NCBI GenBank assembly: GCA_035193785.1 | Contig: CP136572.1 | Location: forward strand, 1,024,001-1,088,000 | Length of the DNA stretch: 64,000 nt | From: Planktothrix sp. GU0601_MAG3 | GTDB taxonomy: Bacteria > Cyanobacteriota > Cyanobacteriia > Cyanobacteriales > Microcoleaceae | Direction: 5' to 3' | In this document: positions 44,286 to 59,167 of the stretch, in pieces | Position numbering within the stretch: position 1 is the first letter of the stretch | Layout: the number at the start of each line of letters is the position of its first letter | Position numbers and translations under genes: made by a program | The notes under the pieces: model-generated | Told to the model about the DNA's origin: nothing | Database searches by the model: none | The model's input: only the letters and a program-made list of their open reading frames with translations

Positions 44286-44320
44286 TCTCTCTGTTCTTCC
44301 TTAAATACCCCTTCAATATT

Positions 44321-46392
44321 ATGATGCAAAATCGCTTAAATAAACGACAACAAAAAAAGCAAAAAAAAGTCAAGACAAAAGGACTTTATCAACGGGCATT
44401 TCGGGATGCTTTTAGCAAACTCGATCCGCGATATATGATTAAAAATCCTGTGATGTTTGTCGTTTGGTTAGGAACAATAATCACAGCTTTATTAGTTCTT
44501 GATCCTAATTTATTTGGAACAGTTCAAGGAGAAAATAATCGCTTATTTAATTTTCTGGTGACACTGGTTTTATTATTAACCCTACTGTTTGCAAATTTCG
44601 CCGAAGCGGTCGCAGAAGGAAGGGGAAAAGCCCAAGCAGATTCTTTACGTTTGACCAAAGCCGAAACCACCGCCCGCAAATTATTACCCGATGGTTTGAT
44701 GGAAGAAATTAGTTCCACATCGTTAAAAAAAGGCGATCAAATTAAAGTTATTGCTGGAGATATGATTCCAGTGGATGCTGAAGTAATTGCCGGAGTTGCT
44801 TCCGTCGATGAATCCGCAATTACGGGAGAATCTGCCCCGGTGTTAAAAGAACCTGGAAGCGATGTTGCTAGTTTCTGTAACGGGGGGAACTCGGATTATT
44901 TCTGATGAATTAATCTTACGGGTAACATCGGAACCAGGGAAAGGATTTTTAGACCGAATGATTGCTTTAGTTGAGGGAGCGGAACGGACAAAAACCCCGA
45001 ATGAAATTGCCTTAACGGTGTTATTAGCCGTATTAACTGAAGTTTTTTTAATTGTGGTTGCTACAATTTCACCGATTGCTAATTACGTTCAAACTCCGGT
45101 TAGTATTGTGATTTTAATTGCCCTATTGGTGGCATTAATTCCCACAACAATTGGCGGTTTATTAAGTGCGATTGGAATTGCTGGAATGGATCGGGTGGCT
45201 CAATTTAATGTGGTTGCCACATCGGGGCGGGCGGTGGAAGCCTGTGGAGATATCAATACGTTAGTATTAGATAAAACCGGAACTATTACGTTAGGAAATC
45301 GACTGGCTGAGGAGTTTATTCCGGTTAATAATTGTACCCCAGAAGCCGTGGCTAAAGTGGCACTTATGGCTAGTATTTTTGATGAGACACCAGAAGGAAA
45401 ATCAATTGTTAGACTTGCGGAAAAAATGGGGGCGACCATTAATTTTAATCGAGAATTAGCCGAAGGAATTGAGTTTTCTGCTAGAACTCGGATGAGTGGT
45501 ACCAACTTACCCGATAACAGTGAAGTCAGAAAAGGGGCTGTTGATGCCATTAAGGGGTTTGTTCGTTCTCGTGGAGGTCAACTAACGGATGATTTAGATA
45601 TCGCTTATCAGCGCGTTTCTCGTTTGGGTGGTACACCTTTAGCCGTTTGCCAAGATCATGAATTGTATGGAATTATTTACTTGAAAGATATTATTAAACC
45701 CGGGATTAAAGATCGCTTTGATCAACTGCGACGGATGGGAGTGCGAAACCGTAATGTTAACCGGAGATAATCGGATTACGGCGGAAGTTATCGCCAAAGA
45801 AGCGGGGGTAGATGACTTTATTGCTGAGGCGACTCCAGAGGATAAAATTGCTGTAATTCAACGGGAACAATCCCAGGGTAAATTAGTAGCAATGACCGGG
45901 GATGGAACGAATGATGCTCCGGCTTTAGCTCAAGCAAATGTCGGATTAGCAATGAATTCTGGAACCCAGGCTGCAAAGGAAGCAGCGAATATGGTGGACT
46001 TAGATTCTGACCCCACAAAGTTGATTGATTTAGTTACCATTGGTAAGCAATTATTGATTACCCGTGGGGCATTAACTACTTTTTCAATTGCTAATGATAT
46101 TGCTAAGTATTTTGCGATCATTCCAGCGATGTTTTCTGCGGCGGGTATTGGCAGTTTAAATGTTATGGGTTTGGCGAGTAGTCAATCGGCTATTTTATCC
46201 GCCCTAATTTATAATGCTTTAATTATCCCTGCCTTAATTCCTTTAGCCTTAAAAGGGGTTAAGTTTCGCCCCGTTAGTGCCAATCAATTACTTAAAGAAA
46301 ATATTTTGATTTATGGATTAGGAGGAATCATTGCACCCTTTATTGGAATTAAAATGATTGATAGCATAATCGCTATTATTGGTTTAATATAA
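44321..46392 (+). CDS. kdpB: K+-transporting ATPase subunit B (two apparent frameshifts)
   Basis: TGES, DKTGT and [12 protein letters not shown]-type ATPase motifs. Confidence 0.97.
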
Positions 46393-46434
46393 AAAGAAAC
46401 CGGGTTTGTATGGTAAAAAAAACAGGAGTAAAAA

Positions 46435-46704
46435 ATGAAAAAATTCGATAACTTTAATTCAATATTACCGCGTGAAGCCAAAGGAATAATTTCCTTAATC
46501 CAAACTCAAGGTAAACGCAACCTGTTACCCATTTCTCTGTTTTTTCTGTTATCTTGTAATTTAATCTTTGCCCCGGTAATTTATGCAGCAACGGGAGAAG
46601 AAATAACCCGCAAAGCAGCTTGGGCTATTGGAGTTTTAATTTTAGTTACGATAGTTATTGCTCTCTATTTATTGGCTGTAATTTTACAACCTGAACGGTT
46701 TTAA
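46435..46704 (+). CDS. Cyanobacterial KdpG / extended KdpF-like subunit
   Basis: Lies between kdpB and kdpC; hydrophobic; ends YLLAVILQPERF (KdpF-like). Confidence 0.8.
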   Translation: MKKFDNFNSILPREAKGIISLIQTQGKRNLLPISLFFLLSCNLIFAPVIYAATGEEITRKAAWAIGVLILVTIVIALYLLAVILQPERF

Positions 46705-46752
46705 AAACCAGTCAAACTCTCAAAAAATGTACTTTCAACTTCCAAATATACT

Positions 46753-47331
46753 ATGTTCAGAGATTTGTTAACCGCCATCCGCACCACCCTAGTTTTATGG
46801 GTGTTAACGGCTATTTTATACCCGGTTTTGATTCTAATAATCGGTCAAGGAATTTTCCCTTTTCAAGCAAATGGAAGTTTACTCAAAAATCCTCAAGGAG
46901 AGATTGTAGGTTCGGCTTTAATCGGTCAAAAGTTTACCTCCAATCGTTATTTTATATCCCGTCCCAGTAGCGTTGATTATAGTCGCGTTAACAAGAATTT
47001 AGCAACGGGAATTTCAGGAGGAAGTAATTTAGCTCCGAGTAATCCAGATTTGTTAAAAAAAGTAACAGAACGAATTGATCAACTCCAATCTAATAATATT
47101 ATGCCAGTGGCGGATTTAGTTTATTCATCGGGTTCGGGCTTAGATCCCCATATTAGTATCCAAGTAGCAAAAGCTCAAATTCAACGAGTGGCTGATGGGC
47201 GTTCTTTGAATCCTAATCAAGTGGAAATTCTGGTTAATAAAAATACTGAAAATAGATTTTTAGGAATTTTTGGAGAACCGGGAGTTAATGTGCTAAAACT
47301 AAATTTAGATTTAGACAACCTATCCAATTAA
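46753..47331 (+). CDS. kdpC: K+-transporting ATPase subunit C
   Basis: QANGS, SGGSNLAP, SGSGLDPHIS and GVNVLKLN motifs. Confidence 0.96.
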   Translation: MFRDLLTAIRTTLVLWVLTAILYPVLILIIGQGIFPFQANGSLLKNPQGEIVGSALIGQKFTSNRYFISRPSSVDYSRVNKNLATGISGGSNLAPSNPDLLKKVTERIDQLQSNNIMPVADLVYSSGSGLDPHISIQVAKAQIQRVADGRSLNPNQVEILVNKNTENRFLGIFGEPGVNVLKLNLDLDNLSN

Positions 47332-47333
47332 AA

Positions 47334-48484
47334 ATGATTAATAGCAGTGAAATTGAAACTCAAAAGAATTCCCCTGAATCCTATTATCAAACATCCTCTC
47401 GAAATCGCGGAAAACATAAAATTTTTATTGGGATGTCTCCTGGGGTCGGTAAAACCTATCAAATGTTAGAAGAAGGACATCAATTAAAAGCAGAAGGAAT
47501 TGATGTGGTGATTGGATTGTTAGAAACCCATGGACGGGAAGAAACCGCAGAAAAAGCAATTGGTTTAGAAATTATTCCTAAAAAAACTATTTTTCATCAA
47601 GGGATAACCCTATGGGAAATGGATACGGAAGCGATTTTATCTCGTCAACCGCAATTGGTTTTAGTGGATGAATTAGCCCATACTAATGTTCCCGGTTTTC
47701 TATTAAAGAAAAACGTTATCAAGATGTAGAAATTATTCTCAATCATGGAATTGATGTCTATTCAACGGTAAATATTCAACATTTAGAAAGTTTAAATGAT
47801 TTAGTTGCAAAAATTACTGGAGTTGTGGTTAGAGAAAGAATTCCCGATCGTCTTTTGGATGAAGCGACACAAGTTGTGGTGATTGATGTTACCCCAGAAA
47901 CCCTACAAGAAAGGTTAAGAGAGGGTAAAATATATGCACCTGAAAAAATAGAACAGGCGTTACAAAATTTCTTCCAACGTCGTCATTTAGTGGCGTTACG
48001 AGAGTTAGCTTTACGCGAAGTTGCTGATAATATTGAAGCCGCAGCAGAAACTACTGAAAAAACTTTATTTTGTAATGTGCATGAGCGGGTTTTAGTTTGT
48101 ATTTCTACTTATCAAAATTCACCCCAACTTTTGAGGCGCGGATTACGTTTATCAAATGCAATGAAAGCCCGTTTGTATGGGTTATATGTGGAAAATCCAG
48201 AACGTTTTTTAACTAAAGAAGAAAGTTTACTCTTAGAAACTTGTCAAGATTTAATTGAAGAATTTGGGGGAGAATTTATCCGAGTAAAAAGTTATAATGT
48301 CTCGGAAGCTATCGCTCAAATTGCTCAACAATATCATATCACTCAAGTTGTCCTCGGACATACACGCAAATCTCGCTGGGAATTGTTTTGGAAAGGATCA
48401 CCCGTTCAGCAATTATTACAACATTTAAAAGGGGTCGATATTCATATTATTGATGCTGAGAAAATATTGAATTTACCCTCCTAA
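47334..48484 (+). CDS. kdpD: Truncated KdpD (N-terminal sensor plus Usp domain, no kinase domain; apparent frameshift near 47697)
   Basis: PGVGKTY, VDELAHTN and LRELALR motifs; Usp-like C-terminus; no TM or HisKA. Confidence 0.9.
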
Positions 48485-48501
48485 TTATATTCGATTTATA
48501 G

Positions 48502-49756
48502 TTAATCTGAAAATAAGGTTTTAAAGCTGTGGCGACGATATCGGGGGGAGTCGGGAGTGAAATAACTCCAGAGGGTTTCCCAATAAAAAAATGAGATTCC
48601 ATCAAAGCCGCGATCGCGTACAACCTGCATTTGTTTTTCAATTTGCTCCATCGGAAACAGGATGGCGTAATGTTCCACTTAATAACCCAATAACTACCGG
48701 GACTTTCCGCCTCGCAATTTGAACAGATTCATGGTCTAATTCCGCAATAAATTTTCCCATACTATCTCGATAAACTTGTAAAATAATTTCATCTACTAAT
48801 CCTTGATTCACCCAAGTTAACCAATCTTGTAAATAGGTTTCATAGGTATATTCATAGGGATTAGGGGATAAAGAAATAATACAATTTGGTTTAACAGTTT
48901 TAACTTTTTTAACGATGCGTTCAACTAACTCCGTAATTTTATTTGCTCTCCAACTTCGCCATTCTTGATCATAATAATTATTCGGGGGAGATTGACCATT
49001 ATGTTCTTTTTGATAAAGTTTAATTGTATATTCATCATAGCCAAATTCCACGGGAAGACCAAAATGATCATCTAGTTGAATCCCATCAATCTTATATTTC
49101 ATAACTACTTCTACAATCAAATCTTCAATAAACTGTTGGACTTGGGGATGAAAAGGATTTAACCAGACATTTTGAATCGTCATCAATTCTAAAATTTGAT
49201 TAAAAATCCAGTTTTTAACTTTAGTTTGATAGGAAACATCCTCGGAATTCCTTAAAGGATTTAACTCTTTTTCCCCTTTTTGAGTTTCAGCAATCCAGTC
49301 GGGATGTCGTTGGACAATAGCCGAGTTTTTAGGCGCCATAAACCCATATTCAAACCAAGGAATTACTTTTAATCCTTTTTTGTGTCCTTCTATAACAATT
49401 TTTGAGAGAATATCTCCCCCTAATTGGGTGATATTTAATAAGGAATCTTGAGAGCGACCCATGACTCTTTTTCCCACAGCACTTTTATAAAAGGTGATTC
49501 CTCGATTCCAAACCACGGGATAAATTGTATTAAATTTGAGTTGGGATAATTGGTCTAAGGCGCGATTAATTCCCCAGGGGAAAAATAAAACTCCACTACT
49601 AACATTTGTTAACCAAACTCCTCTAATTTCCTTGGGGATAATCACAATTGGTTGGGAGGAGGTGGGCGGAATTAAAAGGGCGATCGCTAAAATTAATGAT
49701 AAAATTAAACTAGAAATTCCGTAGATAATTAAGCTGGTTTTTTTTCTTAATTTCAT
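48502..49756 (-). CDS. Glycoside hydrolase-like family 10 (DUF187) protein (apparent frameshift near 48656)
   Basis: EIRGVWLT, PWFEYG, WLNPFHP and DGIQLDDHF motifs. Confidence 0.88.
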
Positions 49757-49856
49757 TATTATACCGCAGATAAAATATTGATCATTCCTAGGGAGTTTGC
49801 TATCCATATTAGTGTCAACTTCAGCCCTAGAAATCCCTGCTTTAACTCTTAGATTA

Positions 49857-49898
49857 GATCACCCTAAATCCCCATTAAAAAGGGACTTAGGGGGGATC
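49857..49898. repeat. Short GATC-bounded poly-C/poly-G palindromic element
   Basis: GATCACCCTAAATCCCCATTAAAAAGGGACTTAGGGGGGATC; same ends as 54606-54751. Confidence 0.75.
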
Positions 49899-49904
49899 TA
49901 AATT

Positions 49905-51452
49905 TTAATATAATTTTTTCCATTGCTGATCAATATTTTGGGTGGTATCAATAGTAGTAACATAGTTTTTTTCGGAATCTGTAAAAGGTTGAGATGTGTC
50001 ACGTTGGGAGGTTAATAAATCAATAGTTGCATCGGAAATGTCTCCTTGACGTTGTTGTAGACGTTCTTGTAAAATATCCATGGGTGCAGTACATTCAACA
50101 ATTTGTAGGGGTAATTGATGGGTATGACAGGTTTCTATGACTTCTCCCCGTCGTTCTTGTTGTTCATATTTGGCATCTAAAATCACCCAAAATCCTTGTT
50201 TTGCTAATAATAATCCCAATTCTAATAACCGTTTATAGGTCTTTTCTGTCATCTCGGGAGTATAGATTTCTTCCCCTCCTTGTTCATCAAGAGGAACATT
50301 TGCTAAATGTTTTCTAACTGCATCAGAACGAATATGAATAGCATTTAATCGTTTAGATATTTGTCTGGCGGTTGTGCTTTTTCCTGACCCCGATAACCCC
50401 GACATCATCACGATTCCCCCTGAAGATCTGCGGGTATATTGCCAAGCTAATTTATAATATTGAGTGGCTTCTTGTTGGGCTATTTCTTTTTGTTCTTCAG
50501 TAATAGCCGGATCATCTAATATTAAGGAATTAACTTTAGCTCTAACATAGGCTTGACGGGTTAAATAAAAGGGTAATAACTGTAATCCTTCCCAGTCTCC
50601 GGTTTGTTCTATATAGGTATTTAAAAACTGATTTCCTAAATCCGCCCGCCCCCTTCCTTCCAAATCCATAACCACAAAAGCTACATCATAAATTACATCT
50701 ACAAAGCGAAATTCTTGATTAAATTCAATCCGATCAAATAGGAGGATTTTATCTTGATAAATACAGATATTTTTTAAATGCAAATCCCCATGACATTCTC
50801 GAATCCATCGGTTGTCAATCCGACCATTAAAAATAGCTTCATGGGTTTCAAAAAAGCTATCTGTATATTGTTTTGTTTGTTCATATTGTTCTTGAGTTTG
50901 ACAACCGCCAATATATTTCTGCGTTTTTTGATAATTTCCATCAATGGAATGACGAATTTGAGGAATTTCTCCAAATTTCAGAATATCATCATTGGTGGGA
51001 CAACTCAGATGAAACTTAGCCACAATATTTCCTAAATCCTCCATTTCCTGCTTAGTTAATTTATCTTGATTAAATAAATTAATAAACAAATTTTCTTGGG
51101 GGAATTGGCGCATTTTTAAGCTATATTCAATAGCATTATTTTGATTTTGATTCTCTCCAAATTGCAAGCGATCGCCTATTTCTACTATTGGTAAAACCTC
51201 TAAATACAATTCCGGCGCTTGTTGCTGGTTCATTTGCAATTCTTGTTCACAAAAATACCGTCGTTTTTCCAATGTCGAATAATCTAAAAATCCAAAATCA
51301 ACTATTTTTTTAATTTTATAAGCATATTCTCCAGTTAACAGAATAAAGGAAATATGAGTTTGTAAAAGTTCAATGGGTTCCTGTACCGGATGGGGATAAA
51401 AATCCGGTTCTAACATTTGTTGAATCAGCCGAGGAAGTTCAGAGTCATTCAT
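49905..51452 (-). CDS. Aminoglycoside-phosphotransferase-like plus P-loop kinase (AAA_33) fusion protein
   Basis: QTHIS, ECHGDLHLKNI and GLSGSGKST motifs. Confidence 0.88.
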   Translation of the reverse strand: MNDSELPRLIQQMLEPDFYPHPVQEPIELLQTHISFILLTGEYAYKIKKIVDFGFLDYSTLEKRRYFCEQELQMNQQQAPELYLEVLPIVEIGDRLQFGENQNQNNAIEYSLKMRQFPQENLFINLFNQDKLTKQEMEDLGNIVAKFHLSCPTNDDILKFGEIPQIRHSIDGNYQKTQKYIGGCQTQEQYEQTKQYTDSFFETHEAIFNGRIDNRWIRECHGDLHLKNICIYQDKILLFDRIEFNQEFRFVDVIYDVAFVVMDLEGRGRADLGNQFLNTYIEQTGDWEGLQLLPFYLTRQAYVRAKVNSLILDDPAITEEQKEIAQQEATQYYKLAWQYTRRSSGGIVMMSGLSGSGKSTTARQISKRLNAIHIRSDAVRKHLANVPLDEQGGEEIYTPEMTEKTYKRLLELGLLLAKQGFWVILDAKYEQQERRGEVIETCHTHQLPLQIVECTAPMDILQERLQQRQGDISDATIDLLTSQRDTSQPFTDSEKNYVTTIDTTQNIDQQWKKLY

Positions 51453-51629
51453 ATTTAAAAAGATAAAGCTAAAAACGAATTGAATGCTGAGGGAGAAAGG
51501 GTAATCACTTGAGTCTTATTTTTATTATCTCTGGAAAAAACTAAATTCTCAGGATTTGAAAATAAAAGTTACAGAAAATTTGCTATGATCAATAATTGAA
51601 TTGTTCAATCCGTTTTACAGAAATAGTCA

Positions 51630-52632
51630 ATGACAGAACCCAAATCCTTTAATGTCTTTGGTGTTGGAAATGCCCTCCTCGATATTTTGGCATTAGTTGA
51701 GGATAATTTTATTCAAACCCATGACCTAAACCGAGGCGCCATGACCCTGATGGATACCGTTAAACAGGGGAAATTGTTACAACAATTGGAGAATCATTCC
51801 CTAGAATTGCGCTGTGGCGGTTTCCGCGGCTAATACCATGATCGCGATCGCCCAAAGTGGCGGTACGGGGATTTATTCGGGTAAAGTTAGTATGGACACC
51901 AATGGCGAATTTTATCAACAGGATATGATTGCCGCCGGAATTGGGCTTGAAATTGAACCCGCCGATAGTACCCAAGGGCCAACGGGAACCTGTTTAGTCT
52001 TGACAACTCCCGACGCAGAACGCACTATGTGTACTAATTTGGGGGTTTCCACCACCCTATCGGTGGCGGATATTAATCTCGAGCATTTGGGTCAGTGTGA
52101 ATACAGTTATATTGAGGGCTATTTGTGGGATGCACCCGAACCCCGTAAGGCTAGTATTGAAACGATGGAACATTCCAAACGCCTAGGGGTAAAAGTGGCG
52201 TTTACCTTTTCCGATATGTTTTTAGTGGAAAGGTTTGGGGATGATTTTCGCCAGGTTTTAACTGAATATTGTGATGTCTTGTTTTGCAATGCGGATGAGG
52301 TGCGCCACTTCTGCGGTAGCGAAGATTTAGAGGTTTGCGCCCGTCAGTTGGGAGAAAAGGTGAATCTAGTTTTTATTACGAATAGTGATAAGGGCTGTTT
52401 AGTGGTGGAAAACCAAACCCTAATTCATGTCCCTGGGTTCCCGGTTAAACCCGTTGATACCGTTGGGGCGGGAGATGCTTTTGCAGGTGGGGTATTATAT
52501 GGGCTCACCAACGGTTTAACCACCACCCAAGCCGCCCGTTGGGGAAATTATCTCGGTTCCCAAATCGTCCAAATTCATGGCCCCCGCCTACCCGTATCTC
52601 AACAGGATAAGTTAGGGGAAATCATTAATTAG
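51630..52632 (+). CDS. PfkB-family adenosine/carbohydrate kinase (apparent frameshift near 51822)
   Basis: GNALLD, GGSAAN and DTVGAGDAF motifs. Confidence 0.92.
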
Positions 52633-52637
52633 GCCCT

Positions 52638-52830
52638 AGGGTTCGGGGTTCGGGGTTCGGAGTTCAGAGTTCAAAGTTCAGAGTTCAAAGTTCAGAGTTC
52701 AAAGTTCAAAGTTCTCAGCGAGCAATAACACTCCCCCTGCTCCCCCTGCTCCCCCTGCTCCCCCTGCTCCCCCTGCTCCCCCTGCTCCCCCACTCCCCCA
52801 CTCCCCCACTCCCCCACTCCCCCTGCTCCC
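52638..52830. repeat. Compound STRR array (GAGTTCA heptamers, then CTCCCCCTG and CTCCCCCA units)
   Basis: Directly visible between convergent genes. Confidence 0.9.
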
Positions 52831-52835
52831 CAAAC

Positions 52836-53420
52836 CTAAGCTTCGGCGTCGCCTTCCTCACCCCGCTCAGGATGAATGATACTAACAACCACTTGTTCGC
52901 CATCACCCGTGGCTTTAACTCCATCAGGTAAGTTGATTTCTCTAATGTGTAGGGCTTGACCTTGATGTAATTCCGTGACATCTATATCAATACGAGCCGG
53001 AATGTTACCCGGTTCGCACTCAATTTCCAATTCAGAGAGGACGACATCCAACAGACCGCCTTCCATTTTCACTCCGACGGGTTCACCGATGAAATGCAGA
53101 CGCACAGAAACGGTTAAACTTTCTTGTTGAGCCACGGAAAAGAAGCTCAGGTGATAGGGAAATCCTTTCCAAGAATGTTTTTGTACTTCCCGCAGTAGGG
53201 TTTTACCACTCCAAGAGATATCAGGAATGTTCAGTTGAATTAAAGCCTGGTTAACAATGTTCTTTTTGAGTAGGGTTTCTACGGTCTTCGCCGGAATGGT
53301 AATGCTAACAGATTCCGCCCCTTGATGGCCATACAGCACCGCCGGAATTAATCCTTGACGACGCAAAGCATTGGGTTTAGAGCCTTCTGGTCGTTTTTGA
53401 CCTTCAATTGTAATTTCCAT
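52836..53420 (-). CDS. rplY: 50S ribosomal protein L25/general stress protein Ctc
   Basis: LRRQGLIPAVLYG, REVQ and HLSF motifs plus the CTC C-terminal domain. Confidence 0.95.
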   Translation of the reverse strand: MEITIEGQKRPEGSKPNALRRQGLIPAVLYGHQGAESVSITIPAKTVETLLKKNIVNQALIQLNIPDISWSGKTLLREVQKHSWKGFPYHLSFFSVAQQESLTVSVRLHFIGEPVGVKMEGGLLDVVLSELEIECEPGNIPARIDIDVTELHQGQALHIREINLPDGVKATGDGEQVVVSIIHPERGEEGDAEA

Positions 53421-53542
53421 GAGGTTTTTTTTGCTTAGGGTAAAACACTGAAAAATTTTTAGCCAAACTGTCATTATACCAAAATCTAGCCAAATCACCA
53501 TAAAAAATCCTCCCCTGACCAAAGGGAGGACTGGGGCGGGGT

Positions 53543-54554
53543 CTAAACTAAACTATGATCGGGTTGATAGGATGTAATCGTCTTCATATATTGGGCGCGT
53601 TCATAGGCTGATTTATCCTCACAATGGAGTTGCGACATAGAAACCCTGCATTTGTTTAACAGAATCATATTCGTGTTCTTCCATCCATTCTTTCATATCC
53701 TCCTCCATGACTTTAATATAATTAAAACCATGACGTAATAAAGTAGAACAAACTTGGGTAATTTTTGCCCCCGCCATTAACGCTTTAATCGCATCGTGAC
53801 CCCTCTGAACCCCCCCAGTACAGGCTAAATCCGCATTAATTCGACCATATAAAATGGCAATCCAACGCATGGGTAAACGCAGGTCATTGGGACTACTTAA
53901 AATTTTTCCCGGTTCAACAATCAATTCCTCGGGGTTAATATCCGGTTGCAGAAAGCGATTAAATAATACCAAACCATCGGCCCCCGCATCGCAAAATTGT
54001 TTCGCCATATTTGCCATATTGCTGAAATAGGGACTCAGTTTTAAAGCCACGGGAATTGTTACTTCTGCTTTAACTTCTCTGAGGATATTGAGATAGTTTT
54101 GTTCAATTTGTTCTCCAGTTAAATTAACGTCCGTCGGTACATAATAAATATTCAATTCCAGGGCATTCGCCCCCGCCTGTTGTATCAGTTGGGCATATTC
54201 CACCCAACCCCCAGGAGAAAAACCATTTAAACTACCAATAATCGGGATATTTGTTGATTCTTTAGCCTGACGAATATGTTCTAAATACAATTCTGGCCCA
54301 ACGTGATATTCATCGGGTTCGGGAAAATAACTTAATGCTTCTGCAAAGCTATTAGTTCCATATTCTAAATGATGATGTAGTTCAAATTTTTCCCGCAGTA
54401 ATTGTTCCTCAAATAAGGAATGTAAAACCACCGCCGCCGCCCCCGCATCTTCCAAACGTTTAATATTATCAATATCTTCCGATAACGGCGCCGCAGCAGA
54501 AGGAACAATCGGGGTGCGTAAATTCAATCCCAGATAAGTTGTGGTTAAATCCAT
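53543..54554 (-). CDS. Dihydroorotate dehydrogenase-like flavoprotein (apparent frameshift near 53642)
   Basis: LTTTYLGLNL, SLFEEQ, LELNIY, KLSPY and LFNRF motifs; follows nifJ. Confidence 0.88.
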
Positions 54555-54605
54555 TGTTTTTAGTCCTAAGTTTTAGATGATTAATAATGATTGGTTTGGC
54601 GAGGA

Positions 54606-54751
54606 GATCCCCCTAAATCCCCCTTAAAAAGGGGGACTTTGATTTTCCGGTTCCCCCTTAAAAAGGGGGACTTTGATTTTCCGGTTCCCACTTAAAAAGG
54701 GGGACTTTAATTTTCCGGTTCCCCCCTTTTTAAGGGGGGCTAGGGGGGATC
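54606..54751. repeat. GATC-bounded element with three 34-bp CCCCCTTAAAAAGGGGG units
   Basis: GATCCCCCTAAATCCCCCTTAAAAAGGGGGACTTTGATTTTCCGGTT... ending CCCCCCTTTTTAAGGGGGGCTAGGGGGGATC. Confidence 0.88.
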
Positions 54752-54773
54752 TTAGGGGCAAGTTAAGAAGGGT

Positions 54774-58494
<3,721 letters not shown>

Positions 58495-58793
58495 CTACAG
58501 AATTATTGTGGCAATTTACGCGCCTGAATTAATCCTTGCTGATGTTTAGTTTGAATTGATAATCATTGTAATTCTGTAGTTCAACGGAGAAAATTTTTCT
58601 TAACAATTAATTCGGTTTTACCTAATTATCTCCGTCGTTGTTTAATTATTGAGAATTTTCCATGGATAAGTCCTGATCGACACTAAAACCTCCTTAAATT
58701 TTGATTAAGAATTTTTGAGGTATACTTTCCCTGAGTTATTGCTTTAGATCATCTAATAAAAATGGCAGAAAGTGGATCATAGCTTAACGTTTT

Positions 58794-59027
58794 TTAACTT
58801 ATTGCCATTATTTGTTGTAAGTCTGTTAAGGTTTGTTGCGCGGCTTGTTCATCCACAATGCTCAGAGCAAAACCAACATGAACAATCACATAGTCACCGA
58901 CTTGAACTTCTGGAACATAAGCCAGGTTGACCTCCTTGACCATTCCCCCAAAGCTGACTTTGCCGACTTTTTCCAAGGGGTCATCACCGGAAATACTCAA
59001 TAATTGACCTGGAATCGCTAAACACAT
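58794..59027 (-). CDS. hypC: Hydrogenase maturation chaperone HypC
   Basis: MCLAIPG...VGDYVIVHVGFA; ATG at 59027. Confidence 0.96.
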   Translation of the reverse strand: MCLAIPGQLLSISGDDPLEKVGKVSFGGMVKEVNLAYVPEVQVGDYVIVHVGFALSIVDEQAAQQTLTDLQQIMAIS

Positions 59028-59167
59028 CACTGCACCTAAAAATGTTACGTTTCTTGAAGCAAGGATAGAAAACCGATGAAAAATCCAGACCATTTCTTAG
59101 GGCAGGGATTGTCCCAATATTTCAGTTCGATCAATGCCACATCCATTATTAACCCAGGTTGATTAAT

